From Ostreococcus lucimarinus (lineage: Eukaryota), in assembly GCA_000092065.1 (NCBI GenBank), contig CP000597.1: a stretch of 64,000 nt of DNA. One strand, 5' to 3'. Position numbers and translations under genes: made by a program. This document shows positions 19,201 through 26,237 of this stretch, in pieces. Within the stretch, counting starts at the first letter, position 1. Each line of letters opens with the position of its first letter. The notes beneath the pieces are model-generated. The model saw only the letters and a program-made list of their open reading frames with translations, made no database searches and was not told the DNA's origin.

Positions 19201-19374
19201 CACAAGATCGGCGCCTCCGTCGCCGTGAGTCCGCTCAGCGAGATCAACACCGCCATCACGGCTTTGCGCACGGGCGAATCCCACTTCCGACACGTCCTCG
19301 TCAACGACGTCTCGAGCGGTAGTCAACACCGTCGCATGGCCAGCGCCTTCGGCAGCGGCTTCCCTTCCCGTTAA
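13276..19374 (+). CDS. Multidomain megasynthase: rhodanese x2 - sulfotransferase-like - adenylation - carrier - thioester reductase - Zn alcohol dehydrogenase
   Basis: ATG at 13276 and a single 2,032-codon ORF. Rhodanese pair spans about 13276-14150. Sulfotransferase-like PAPS motifs: VTRSRGTAL (about 14220) and VVLIRQPTETIESFYR (about 14527-14575). A-domain cores: TSGTTGVSK (15928-15954), YSTNETGD, YPTGDL, KIRGFKV, SGKVVKLD. Carrier FFDYGGSLKF with Ser codon at 17038-17040. R domain LLTGATGFLGAYL (about 17260) and YRRSK (about 17691). ADH motifs GLCGSDDH (about 18405), CGHEVVG, GLGGLGH (about 18817). Confidence 0.9.
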   Translation: MEYVDASTLRKLSTSGDIIIVDASWAIANDVERARAAHESERIPNATFYDHDEVCDLSSPLPQAFPPREAFARGVGGGLGATKTRDVAIYAKNGASCAAEACAFAFLEYGHRGRVMVLKGGMEAWKAEGYETEVGAETMRERATVEYDEDGSNGTREGKKSGFVDAKDLLTNLSTQRLQVLDCRQSEVFAGGARDAAYVRIQDRAIQFEGFREGHIPGAKNLPYTRLFDVADENLREIFEGAGLDLSMPVAVVGSGGVDAAPMVASALTRAGCADAVVLKNGMCAWCTAQGSSYPMSIASTSPHASHNEKRLIVWAVTRSRGTALERSFSMHSEAMVMHELLTEPCLKENNPENYAKIVSGQSEHHVASSGCSYATMLEVMTADYSAQGRPFFFSKELSCYFDLKQMKSSWLKRFTHVVLIRQPTETIESFYRVSIEHKEGSCYYDPSEAGFAEAFGIVNALKRINAKVMVVDADADLLSRPEETLQEMCSLANVNFESSMLSWKPAELSTWIKFRGWHDDAARSSEFKAVDKAPMQNVPPELCVDAAKQQPYYDAIGWERKETSKRWPFLRQLTNPTHRFSVVVCASDEGAMDMFPRLAAARLSGVNLYEFKPSEVDQAMNKCPYIFDDPIVLVGAHGPTLHMAEALRERAQKDGTLCIVRIVLVDASAHRVRPEGFEHSWVPEDSLKDQTSMDEVLQSILVDIETAQSKSAKEMADVNALASTTTSAATHWRSGLATALQDARSDKPCVTDATSTYTMKEVYSRAYHVADMLTERGALNSRVGLFVQASAASVWCAMGSLLCESVFCEIPAWYRDTDLERVLRLNESKVIITSRDLVQFVPTAYRDLVVVVEDMEYDVDLSGELHPALTRPDTPDAPGFSVLTSGTTGVSKILCCPQSALTDSQSVIGPHMRGDDVMGSFWVYYYFFIPLLAGRTLSVIPNDFFLKPRELISYVRSQKMTMLYLSPSILESCLLHCTPQEFSEGMQDVHTILLTGERVRRETRMLLAERLTRTRLIDVYSTNETGDLAISDYGGAFFLREGTQARVLTDDGKPAVRGTVGQLHVKKSGLLVGFYTDNGYAKIESEWYPTGDLVRWLGRNRLTFESRQKSAYVKIRGFKVSPVMVQDVMLKMPVIKQAIVSTIGQSDIDQQLVAAISFNNGARAKESELRAHMAAHVPHYMIPSTFYDLGNKVSTATSGKVVKLDVDRLDKITDSNEVQLTTKQNEVVEVWRQVLDQPEKNFAATESFFDYGGSLKFVELAAALSKKWGVSLTVPEVIAKPTLAEMALLMEDYKNAKFEPEVEVAKYDFSEFKRAPKKNTAAGKKNILLTGATGFLGAYLLQELAASDEIDQIYAIVRAKDKFAAQNRVLDVFRKRGLTFTDQITQKTTFMCGDMSMPLYDIPEATLAPVLEVIDVVISGGAEVNMVKSYSALEKVNVGGTFNGLEIASRAGARHVLISTQYPLPGEVSTGYRRSKEVAEMLCERAQKEVGVESAVLLFGDIGISRAVGSLAPDDDYIVIFLRACLATGFFPRTEWAVSILCVDDCVKMLTSISLSGQVDRYAFDGVAREVKGKLMPFSQLYEWLSKEYALQLCSYDGWLNAVKAGAAEGNTILQRALLTIDSMEVELRAEGEHFNSQAASDALFSVDEAWGKNLVGALILELYSELQNDDKDTTIGFAALAQGEDLVPFKYRLPDMTPTSVEVKVEYCGLCGSDDHLIVGDYGEYAVWPQVCGHEVVGTVTQVGTAVTTLKAGQRVGVGWQSSSCHDCEWCARGDEQLCSSVGCTCCEGNKGGFADRMRLNDSQFCYKIPDALSSAEVAPLLCGGQTVWTPLNEQTKSSDRVGILGLGGLGHMAIKFAKALGREVTAISSSASKRADALSHGASRFLVHTNQEEMDAAASSLDFILVTIATNKEVDFAKFFPLLRPRGTICFVGMCPPIQADVFTLGFTMNNITTSNTGGKKDMVQMLEFCARHKIGASVAVSPLSEINTAITALRTGESHFRHVLVNDVSSGSQHRRMASAFGSGFPSR

Positions 19375-19527
19375 ATCGCGTCATCATCGCACACGTTATT
19401 AATCCACACCTATCGCAGCCCATCGCCGCCGCCCTCCGTCGCGAACGCGTCCCGCTGGAAAATCTCCGGCTGCACTCCACAACCGATCGCGCACCTCACA
19501 TCGCGCCTCGCGCGCGCGTTCGCCGCG

Positions 19528-21192
19528 ATGGCGCCCGAGGACGCGCACGCAAACGACCATTCCGCCGCACGTTCGCAATCTGCCGAACGCGCCCGCGCGC
19601 CCGCGAACGCCGCACCCAAACGCACGAAAAGCAACAAAGGACTGAAGCTGATCAACAAACTCGCGCGAGACGCCGTGGACGACGCCGCCGGTGCGCTCAC
19701 GCGCGGGTTCAGCTTCACCAAACAACGGATTACTAAGCAAATGAAGCGCCTGAACGTCGGACGGGCGAGTCGGCGCACGAAACAAATGCGAAGACTGTGG
19801 ACAAAGGTGCACCGCGGCAACCGGTTGGGGACGGCGGACGGCGACGTGCTGACGAATCATCTCGGATTGTGCCTCCAGTTGGCGTTCACGGCGCAAAGTA
19901 GGGGTGCAAGTGGTGACGCTAGCGGTGGTGGTGAGGCGGCGGAGGAAACGGTGAAGCGGGAAGTGTATGCGGTGAAGAAGATGGAGATGGCGAACGGGGA
20001 GCTGCTGCCGAATTTCTCGTACACGGTGGAGGCGCCGAAGAAGTTCGAGGAGTTGAGGTTGTTGTGGGGAATGGATGCGCACTCGTACAGGAGTGCGTTC
20101 GCGATTCCGGATGTAAGGACGGTTTGTGATGACGTACAGACTCAGAACGGCGAGATCCGCGGGAACATGCGCACGGAAACTGGGAAGTTGGAGGCGACGT
20201 CGACGTCGTTGCGGGTGATTTCGCAGGCGCTCGCGAGCGGCAAGTCGAGGAGTTGGTTCTTTTGTAGCGAAGACGGCACACTGCTGGTGAAGACGTGCAA
20301 CGTAGCGGAAAAACGGACGCTACTGAAAATGTTGCCTGAATACACTGAGTACGTGAGAGAAAACAGCACGGTGAGCATGCTGCCGCAATTTTATGGATTG
20401 TACACGATTAAATTCAACGGCACGCGGCCGTTGTCCTTCATCGTAATGAATTATTGGTTCGCGTCGACGAAAATCATTCAGAAGAGGTTTGATCTCAAAG
20501 GTAGCACGTTCGGTCGGCGCGCAAGCGCGCGCGAGCTCGCCAAGGGCTCGGTGTGTATTTATAAAGACAACGATTTTCGCGAGGAGGACGCCGTGCACAC
20601 GCGACATTCGCAAAATATTTGCGACGTATTGAAGAAGGACAGCGAGTTTCTTGCCAAGAGAAATCTCATAGACTATTCACTAGTATTCGGCGAGTACCAA
20701 GCGGTGACGCCAACAGATATTTTCGAGGCTAACAAGGCGTTTGAAGAGTTTGAGACGGATCATGCGGATTGGAAGGACCAGCGCGCCGCCGCCGTCGCCG
20801 TCGCCGAATCCGACGAAGGCAAGAGCGACACGAATAGCTTGGCGGACAGCGATGCCGTATCCGAAAAAAGCGAAGAGTTCTTGATGTTGGAAAAAGCCTC
20901 GATGTTCACTCCATTCTTGCACGACGTCGCGCGCTTGAACCAGTTGCGCATGGTGAACAAACCCAAGGGCGCGGTGTTTTGCGGCATCATCGACATCTTG
21001 ACTGAGTGGGGACCGAGGAAGAAGTTGGAGCGATTTTTCACCAGCCAAATTTGCTGCGGTCGGGACGTTTCGTGTCAACGACCCGATGTCTACGCGAAGC
21101 GATTCAGCGCTTTCATGAATCAGAATGTCTTCCTCCCCGCGATTGAGCGCGCAACTGCAGACGACGTCGGGTTCACGCTCGCGGAGCGCTGA
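19528..21192 (+). CDS. PIP5K: Phosphatidylinositol phosphate kinase (PIP5K-type catalytic core)
   Basis: ATG at 19528. PIPK core motifs: GKSRSWFFCSEDGTLLVKT, LLKMLPEYTEYV, MLPQFYGLYTIKF, FIVMNY, FDLKGSTFGRRAS, LIDYSLV, GIIDILTEWGPRKKLE. Confidence 0.85.
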   Translation: MAPEDAHANDHSAARSQSAERARAPANAAPKRTKSNKGLKLINKLARDAVDDAAGALTRGFSFTKQRITKQMKRLNVGRASRRTKQMRRLWTKVHRGNRLGTADGDVLTNHLGLCLQLAFTAQSRGASGDASGGGEAAEETVKREVYAVKKMEMANGELLPNFSYTVEAPKKFEELRLLWGMDAHSYRSAFAIPDVRTVCDDVQTQNGEIRGNMRTETGKLEATSTSLRVISQALASGKSRSWFFCSEDGTLLVKTCNVAEKRTLLKMLPEYTEYVRENSTVSMLPQFYGLYTIKFNGTRPLSFIVMNYWFASTKIIQKRFDLKGSTFGRRASARELAKGSVCIYKDNDFREEDAVHTRHSQNICDVLKKDSEFLAKRNLIDYSLVFGEYQAVTPTDIFEANKAFEEFETDHADWKDQRAAAVAVAESDEGKSDTNSLADSDAVSEKSEEFLMLEKASMFTPFLHDVARLNQLRMVNKPKGAVFCGIIDILTEWGPRKKLERFFTSQICCGRDVSCQRPDVYAKRFSAFMNQNVFLPAIERATADDVGFTLAER

Positions 21193-21266
21193 GAGTAACG
21201 CCATGTTTCGGAAAATCGAACTCGGCATCGTGTGACGACCATACCGCACAACGCCGACCACCCAAA

Positions 21267-21725
21267 ATGCCGAAAGACAATCGCGGCCTAAGCGGCGTTC
21301 GCGCCACGGCCGTCTTCCTACTGCTCCGCGCGTGGTACTGCGAAGCCGCGCGTCCGCTGCGTCCGTACGAAGCGCCGCTGGTCGCGCCTTTCGTCGCGCC
21401 GGAGGCGTTGATCAAATGGCAACCCGCGGAGTGGTCCATCGCGCTCGCCCCGTCGTCCGAAGATCCATACGTTCCATCGACGAACGCCGACGACGCCATC
21501 GTCGCCGAATCACTCGATCTCACCGACGAATCGCTCGATCTCACCGACGTTTCGCGCGTCTCCCACGGCCACGCGGCGCGTCTCTGGCGCGCGTTCGCGA
21601 ATCGCGCCCGCGACGTCTCCATCGAACCCATCGCCGCCGCGGTCGCCATCAAGCGCGAGGGTTGGACCGGCGGCTCGATACAATCTTCCGCTTCGTTCGC
21701 CGTCGTCGACGACGCGCGCGATTGA
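21267..21725 (+). CDS. Hypothetical small protein with signal-peptide-like N-terminus
   Basis: ATG at 21267. N-terminal segment AVFLLLRAWYCEA. Contains a 21-bp tandem duplication encoding ESLDLTD twice (about 21508-21549). An overlapping ORF in another frame (21332..) makes the model uncertain. Confidence 0.3.
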   Translation: MPKDNRGLSGVRATAVFLLLRAWYCEAARPLRPYEAPLVAPFVAPEALIKWQPAEWSIALAPSSEDPYVPSTNADDAIVAESLDLTDESLDLTDVSRVSHGHAARLWRAFANRARDVSIEPIAAAVAIKREGWTGGSIQSSASFAVVDDARD

Positions 21726-21856
21726 GCGCGTCGTCTCTTAATACCTCTCCGGCGACGCTTCGTCTTTTAATACCTCAGAAGTGCTTCGTCGCGAACCGTC
21801 ACCGACACTCATCGACGCTTCGTCGCGACGCCGGCGCCGTCTTCGTCGCGATCGGC

Positions 21857-22498
21857 ATGCGGCGTCGCGACAGAGACGTCCCGCGCGACGAGAATCCGCG
21901 GCGCGTCATCGACGCGCACTTCGGACGACGCGACGACGACGACGCGCCGCCGCTCCTGGACTCGAGCGAACAGCGCGACGCGCTCCGCGCCTTCGACGAC
22001 GCGATCGCGACGCATCGACGGCGCGCGAGCGCGCTGCTGGGCGCGAGCGGACTCGCGATCGGCGTGGGATGGTTTTGGGGACGGTGCGCGCTCGGCGCGC
22101 TCGGCGGCGGCGACGTGTGGGCGCGGTGCCCGGCGCACCGAAGCGTGTACGGCGAACGCGCGTCGGCCGAGGCGCTGGTGCTCGCGTGCGACGCGCTCGC
22201 GGGCGGGACGTTCGCGCTGTCCGGGGCGGGATGTTGGCGGTTGCGCGTCGGCGACGACGCCGGCGACGCGGCGGCGAGACGCGCGGGACGCGCGGCGACG
22301 CGTTTGGGCGCCGTCGCGGGGGGGCTGTGGGTCGTCGCGGCGATCGCGGCGTCGTCGTCGAGCGGCGCGACGACGTTGCAGGCGGCGGTACCGGTGGTGT
22401 ACGCGTGGCTGTGCGCGTCGGTGGCGTCGGCGACGGCGGAGCAGACGCGAACGATTCGGCGACTGCGAGCTTCGACGTACGCGCACAAAAAGGTGTGA
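21857..22498 (+). CDS. Hypothetical multi-pass membrane protein (213 aa)
   Basis: ATG at 21857 inside ORF 21332..22498. Hydrophobic segments ALLGASGLAIGVGWFWGRCALGALG and LGAVAGGLWVVAAIAA. The upstream part of this ORF looks like GC-driven noise. Confidence 0.3.
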   Translation: MRRRDRDVPRDENPRRVIDAHFGRRDDDDAPPLLDSSEQRDALRAFDDAIATHRRRASALLGASGLAIGVGWFWGRCALGALGGGDVWARCPAHRSVYGERASAEALVLACDALAGGTFALSGAGCWRLRVGDDAGDAAARRAGRAATRLGAVAGGLWVVAAIAASSSSGATTLQAAVPVVYAWLCASVASATAEQTRTIRRLRASTYAHKKV

Positions 22499-22575
22499 GC
22501 CGGCGGAGCGTGCGCGCGTAGAATGATAGAACGTAGATTGTAGAACGATTGACTAAGTGGTGAGCGTTATCGCGT

Positions 22576-23649
22576 TCACGCGAACCCGCCGCCGGGGTTG
22601 GAGAGCAAGCGTTCGACGGCGGCGTGGACGTTGCCGCCCGTCGCCTGCAAGGCGCGAATGTTTTCCTCTTGCGAGAAAAATCCCATGTCGTTCAATTGCG
22701 AGAGTTGCGAAGCGTACACTTCTTCGGGTGGACCCGCCGGTGCGACGGGAGGCGCGAACATCGATCCCCCGAGACCGCCGCCCAATCCACCGCCCGGCAT
22801 CGCGTCGCCGAACAACTGTTGCATTTGCGCCATCGCGCGCAAATTTTCAGGATTCATCATTTGGCGAAGAAATTCCGGATTGGAGAGCGTCTCGCGCATT
22901 TGCGGGTTCGCCTCCATCATTTGACGCGCCTGGGGGTGCATGTTCAGCATGGACTCTAGCATTTGCGGGTTCGACATCACGCTATCCATCGCCGCGCGCA
23001 TTTGCGGATTTTGCATCATCTCCGCCATTTGCTCAATCTGCGAAGCCCCAGCGCCGCCGCCGATACCGCCCATGGAAAATCCCCCGCCCGCGGGCGGCAT
23101 CGCGGCGCCGCCGCCGCCCGCGCCGCCGCCCGCGCCGCCCCACGGGTTCGGCAAAGGCTCATCGGGATTCACCGTCCTCGTCGCCGTCGGCGCCGCGGCG
23201 TCCATATCGCGTTCCGCCGCGCGTTCCATCGGCGCTTGCACATCCGTGTACATCCTTCGCAGCGCGTTAAATCCACCCGGCATCATTTCAATGTTCGACA
23301 TCGCGCGATCGTTATTCCGCATCTGTTCCGCCATCAAAGACGGATTCGTCATCGTATTCATCATCCGCCTCAACGTCTCCGGATCCGTCAACGCGCTCGC
23401 GAGTTCCGGATTCGCCGCCATCGCCTCCCGCATCCCGGGCTGACTCTCCATCATCTCCCTCAACGTCTCCGGCCGCTCGCTCAACAGCGCCTCCATCTGC
23501 GACCGCACGAATGGATTATTCATCAAATCGAGCGCCCCCGAACCGCCGAGCGCCGCGCCGCCGCCGCCGAATCCCCCGAACGGCGCGTCGCTCGCCGTCG
23601 CCGTCCCTCGACCGCCGATCGCCGTCGCCGCCGTCGCCGCCGCGGTCGC

Positions 23650-23700
<51 letters not shown>

Positions 23701-23946
23701 CGTCACGACGTGCACCACGCTCTCGTTCGCGCATCCGCACGCCGCCAGCGTCGCCTCGTCCCTGAGCACGCGCCCCTTAAAGATCAACCGCACGTTCGCG
23801 CTCGCGTCGATCGTCGCGTCGCTCTCGGCGAGTCGCGCGGCGACGCGCGCGCGCGCGTCGCGCACGGTGAGCGTCGTCGCGTCGACGTCCTCGAGCGTGA
23901 TTTTCGCGCCGTTCGCGCGCTTGAAGTGGAGCGCGATCGTCGACAT
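22576..23946 (-). CDS. Ubiquilin / DSK2-like shuttle factor (UBL - STI1 repeats - UBA)
   Basis: ATG at 23946. N-terminal ubiquitin-like domain (IALHFKRANGAKITLEDV...VRLIFKGRVLRDEATL). Met/Gln/Pro-rich STI1-like repeats (NPQMRAAMDSVMSNPQMLESMLN). C-terminal UBA (YASQLSQLNDMGFFSQEENIRALQATGGNVHAAVERLL). Confidence 0.85.
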
Positions 23947-24275
23947 GAGGCGCGGTCGAGCGCGTCGCGGTCGCGTCGACGCGTGCGCGCGTCGCGGTGC
24001 GCGGCGACGGCGACGCGCGCGCGCGCGACGCGACGGGGCGATGCGCGGGGTCCTACAGGCAAACAGTGAGAATGCAAATACGAGTCCAGTGGGCTTCGTA
24101 GAGTAATGATGGTGCGAACTCGAGATATAGATACACGGTGTTTGACTTTGATGGTATACGTGTCGAATGTCCGGTAACGTGTGTTTATGTTATCGCGCGC
24201 GCGCGCGACGACGCGCGCCGTCGGCGCGGTAAATCGCGACGCTCGGCGCGCGACGACGGACGACGGACGACGGCG

Positions 24276-24302
24276 ATGTCGATCACCGCGCTCACGAACA
24301 CG
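24276..24302 (+). CDS. Putative 27-nt first exon (MSITALTNT) of the organellar uL15 gene
   Basis: The uL15 ORF at 24589 has no ATG and begins right after an AG. ATG at 24276 followed by donor ACG|GTACGC at 24303 joins in phase 0 to 24589. ACTGAC branch motif lies at 24556-24561, 28 nt before the acceptor. Confidence 0.45.
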
Positions 24303-24588
24303 GTACGCATCGATTCGCGCGACGCGGCGAGCGAACGGCGCGCGCGTCGCGACGCGCGGACGCGACGCCGCGCGACGTCGCGCGTTACCCTAGGGCTTCG
24401 CGACGACGCGATGACGACGGCGCGCGGCGCGGACGCGGCGCGCGGAAGGGCGGCGCGGGACGCGCGCGCGGCGGGAAAAATTATTGCGGACGCGGCGACG
24501 GGCGATGGGCGACGGCGACGGCGAATCGAGGACGCGCGAGAGGCTGGAACGCACGACTGACGACTGAGGGTACGGCGACGCGACGCAG

Positions 24589-24803
24589 GTGTCCGCGCTC
24601 TCGTTGAGCTCGCGTGGGAACGCTCGCGGGACGTTCCGGGTGCGCGCGGTGCGACCGACGAAGAGTTTCTCTTCGGCGGTCGTCGCGTCGGATGATGAAC
24701 GATTGCGATTGCACAACTTGAGCCCGCTCAAGGGGTCGCGTCGCGAGAAGAAGCGCATCGGTCGCGGTTACGGCGCGGGTCAAGGTGGCTCTTGCGGCGA
24801 CGG
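24589..24803 (+). CDS. Organellar ribosomal protein uL15, middle exon
   Basis: Transit-like S/R/A-rich sequence followed by the uL15 signature [29 protein letters not shown]. Donor G|GTAAGT with GT at 24804-24805. Confidence 0.8.
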
Positions 24804-25006
24804 GTAAGTGGTTTTTTTGTTTTTGTGCGCGCGCTGAATCGCGCGCGCGACCTCGTTCGGACATCGCGAGACAACAGTGGATTGTTTTTGCGTGCGCGAC
24901 CTGTCGGGCAAACGCGGAACATCGCGGGACAACTGTGGTTTTTTTGTGCGCGCGACCTCGTCCTGACATCGCGAGACTGACGTACGCCCAAAATCCGGGA
25001 ACTTAG
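24804..25006 (+). other. Spliceosomal intron (203 nt, GT-AG, phase 2) composed of three degenerate internal tandem repeats
   Basis: Removing 24804-25006 joins GG|C to give ...GDG-MRGQRARSG..., matching the bacterial uL15 spacing GRG.KGQK.RSG exactly. ACTGAC at 24976-24981. Repeat units start at 24808, 24878 and 24936, each GTGG(T/A)TT.TTTG..GTGCGCGCGACCT...ACATCGCG.GAC. Confidence 0.8.
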
Positions 25007-25433
25007 CATGCGCGGTCAACGCGCAAGGAGCGGCCCTGGCGTGCGCCCCGGCTTTGAGGGCGGGCAAACACCCATGTACCGCCGCTTCCCCAAACTCAAG
25101 GGCATCGCCGGCGGCATGGGCGCCGGCAAACCGAAGTTTGTCACTGTGAACGTCGGCGACCTCGAGGCGGCCGTCCAAGCGAAGAAACTCGACGCGAGCG
25201 CCGAGATCACGATCGAAGCGCTCAAGAGCGCCGGCGTGATCAAAGCGACTGGCTACTACAGAAACTTGCCGTTGAAGGTTTTGGGTGAGGGCGAGGTGTC
25301 GGGCTTGAAGGTGAAGGCGGCCTCCTTTTCTCAAAGCGCCTCGGAGAAGCTCACCGCGGCTGGCGGTGCGGCGGAAGTTTTGCCGGCGAAGGAAAAGTGG
25401 AGTCGTCAGGCTGCCGCCGCGGCCAAGGCGTAA
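25007..25433 (+). CDS. Organellar ribosomal protein uL15, last exon
   Basis: MRGQRARSGPGVRPGFEGGQTPMYRRFPKLKG matches the conserved uL15 core (KGQ.ARSG...GFEGGQ.P..RR.PK). Stop at 25431-25433. Confidence 0.85.
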
Positions 25434-25537
25434 ACGTCTTCGTACGTTTCGTCGAGGTCGAACAATCATTCATCCTGTAGAACTGAGTCGGGCTTAACCC
25501 GCGCGCATTCAATTACAACAACCTAAAAATATCTCAA

Positions 25538-26068
25538 CTACCGACCGTCCAAAACGCTCGCGTCCACGCCGTCGAGGTTCATCTTATTGCGCACCGCCTG
25601 CGCGGGCACGCCCATCTTCAGCATCTTGAAGTAAATGGAGTACTTCGGATCGCTCGCGCGCGCGTTCGTCTCCGGCGTCGCCGCCGTCGCCGCCTCCGCC
25701 GTCGCCGCCTCCGCCGTCGCCGTCGCCGCCGTCGCCGCCGCCGCCGTCGCCGTCGCCGCCTCCGCCGTCGCCGCGTCCGCCGCGTCCGCCGCGTCCGCGC
25801 CCCGACCGTCGTCCTCGCGCGTCGCCGCCTCCGCCGTCGTCGTCGTCGTCGTCGCCGTCCCCGCCTCGAGCGCGCGCTCCAACAGCGCCGTCCTCGCCTC
25901 CGCCTCTCGCAGCGCGCGCGCCGCCGCGCCCAGCTTCGCCTCCGCGCTCGCGCACAGCGCGTCGAGCGTCGTCGCCGTCCGCGCCGCCCGCGCGTTCAGC
26001 GCGCTCGCCATCGCCTGGTCGTTCGCCGCGGGCAAGCGCGCGCGAAGTCTCGCCAGCGCGTCGCCCAT
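25538..26068 (-). CDS. WASHC3: WASH complex subunit 3 (CCDC53)-like protein
   Basis: ATG at 26068 (first ATG not overlapping the divergent neighbour). N-terminal coiled coil LDALCASAEAKLGAAARALREAEARTALLERAL resembles the CCDC53 helix (C.EEKL...R...E..L..L..KL). C-terminal DPKYSIYFKMLKMGVPAQAVRNKMNLDGVDASVL resembles human DPRYARYLKMVQVGVPVMAIRNKMISEGLDPDLL. Ala/Thr low-complexity linker. Confidence 0.5.
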   Translation of the reverse strand: MGDALARLRARLPAANDQAMASALNARAARTATTLDALCASAEAKLGAAARALREAEARTALLERALEAGTATTTTTTAEAATREDDGRGADAADAADAATAEAATATAAAATAATATAEAATAEAATAATPETNARASDPKYSIYFKMLKMGVPAQAVRNKMNLDGVDASVLDGR

Positions 26069-26133
26069 GCGTCGGTCGTCGCGCGCGCGTCGCGACGTGC
26101 GGACGACGCGCGCGTTCGAATTCAAACGCGCGC

Positions 26134-26188
26134 GGCATCGCTCGACGCGCGCGGCATCGCTCGACGCGCGCGGCATCGCTCGACGCGC
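26134..26188. repeat. 19-bp tandem repeat x3 in a bidirectional promoter spacer
   Basis: ggcatcgctcgacgcgcgc starts at 26134, 26153 and 26172. It lies between start codons 26068 (-) and 26238 (+). Confidence 0.8.
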
Positions 26189-26237
26189 CGTCTTCGCGCC
26201 GACGCGCGCGTCGGCGGGCGCCATAATACACGTCGCG

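Noticed and set aside
21332-21856. The first 175 codons of ORF 21332..22498
   Set aside because: The sequence is Arg-rich and overlaps ORF 21267..21725 in another frame. Only the part after the ATG at 21857 has membrane-protein character. Both models remain low confidence.
25635-26237. The N-terminal 200 codons of ORF 25635..26930 (poly-Ala/Val/Ser)
   Set aside because: It is antisense to the WASHC3-like gene. The NSE2-like sequence starts at the ATG at 26238.
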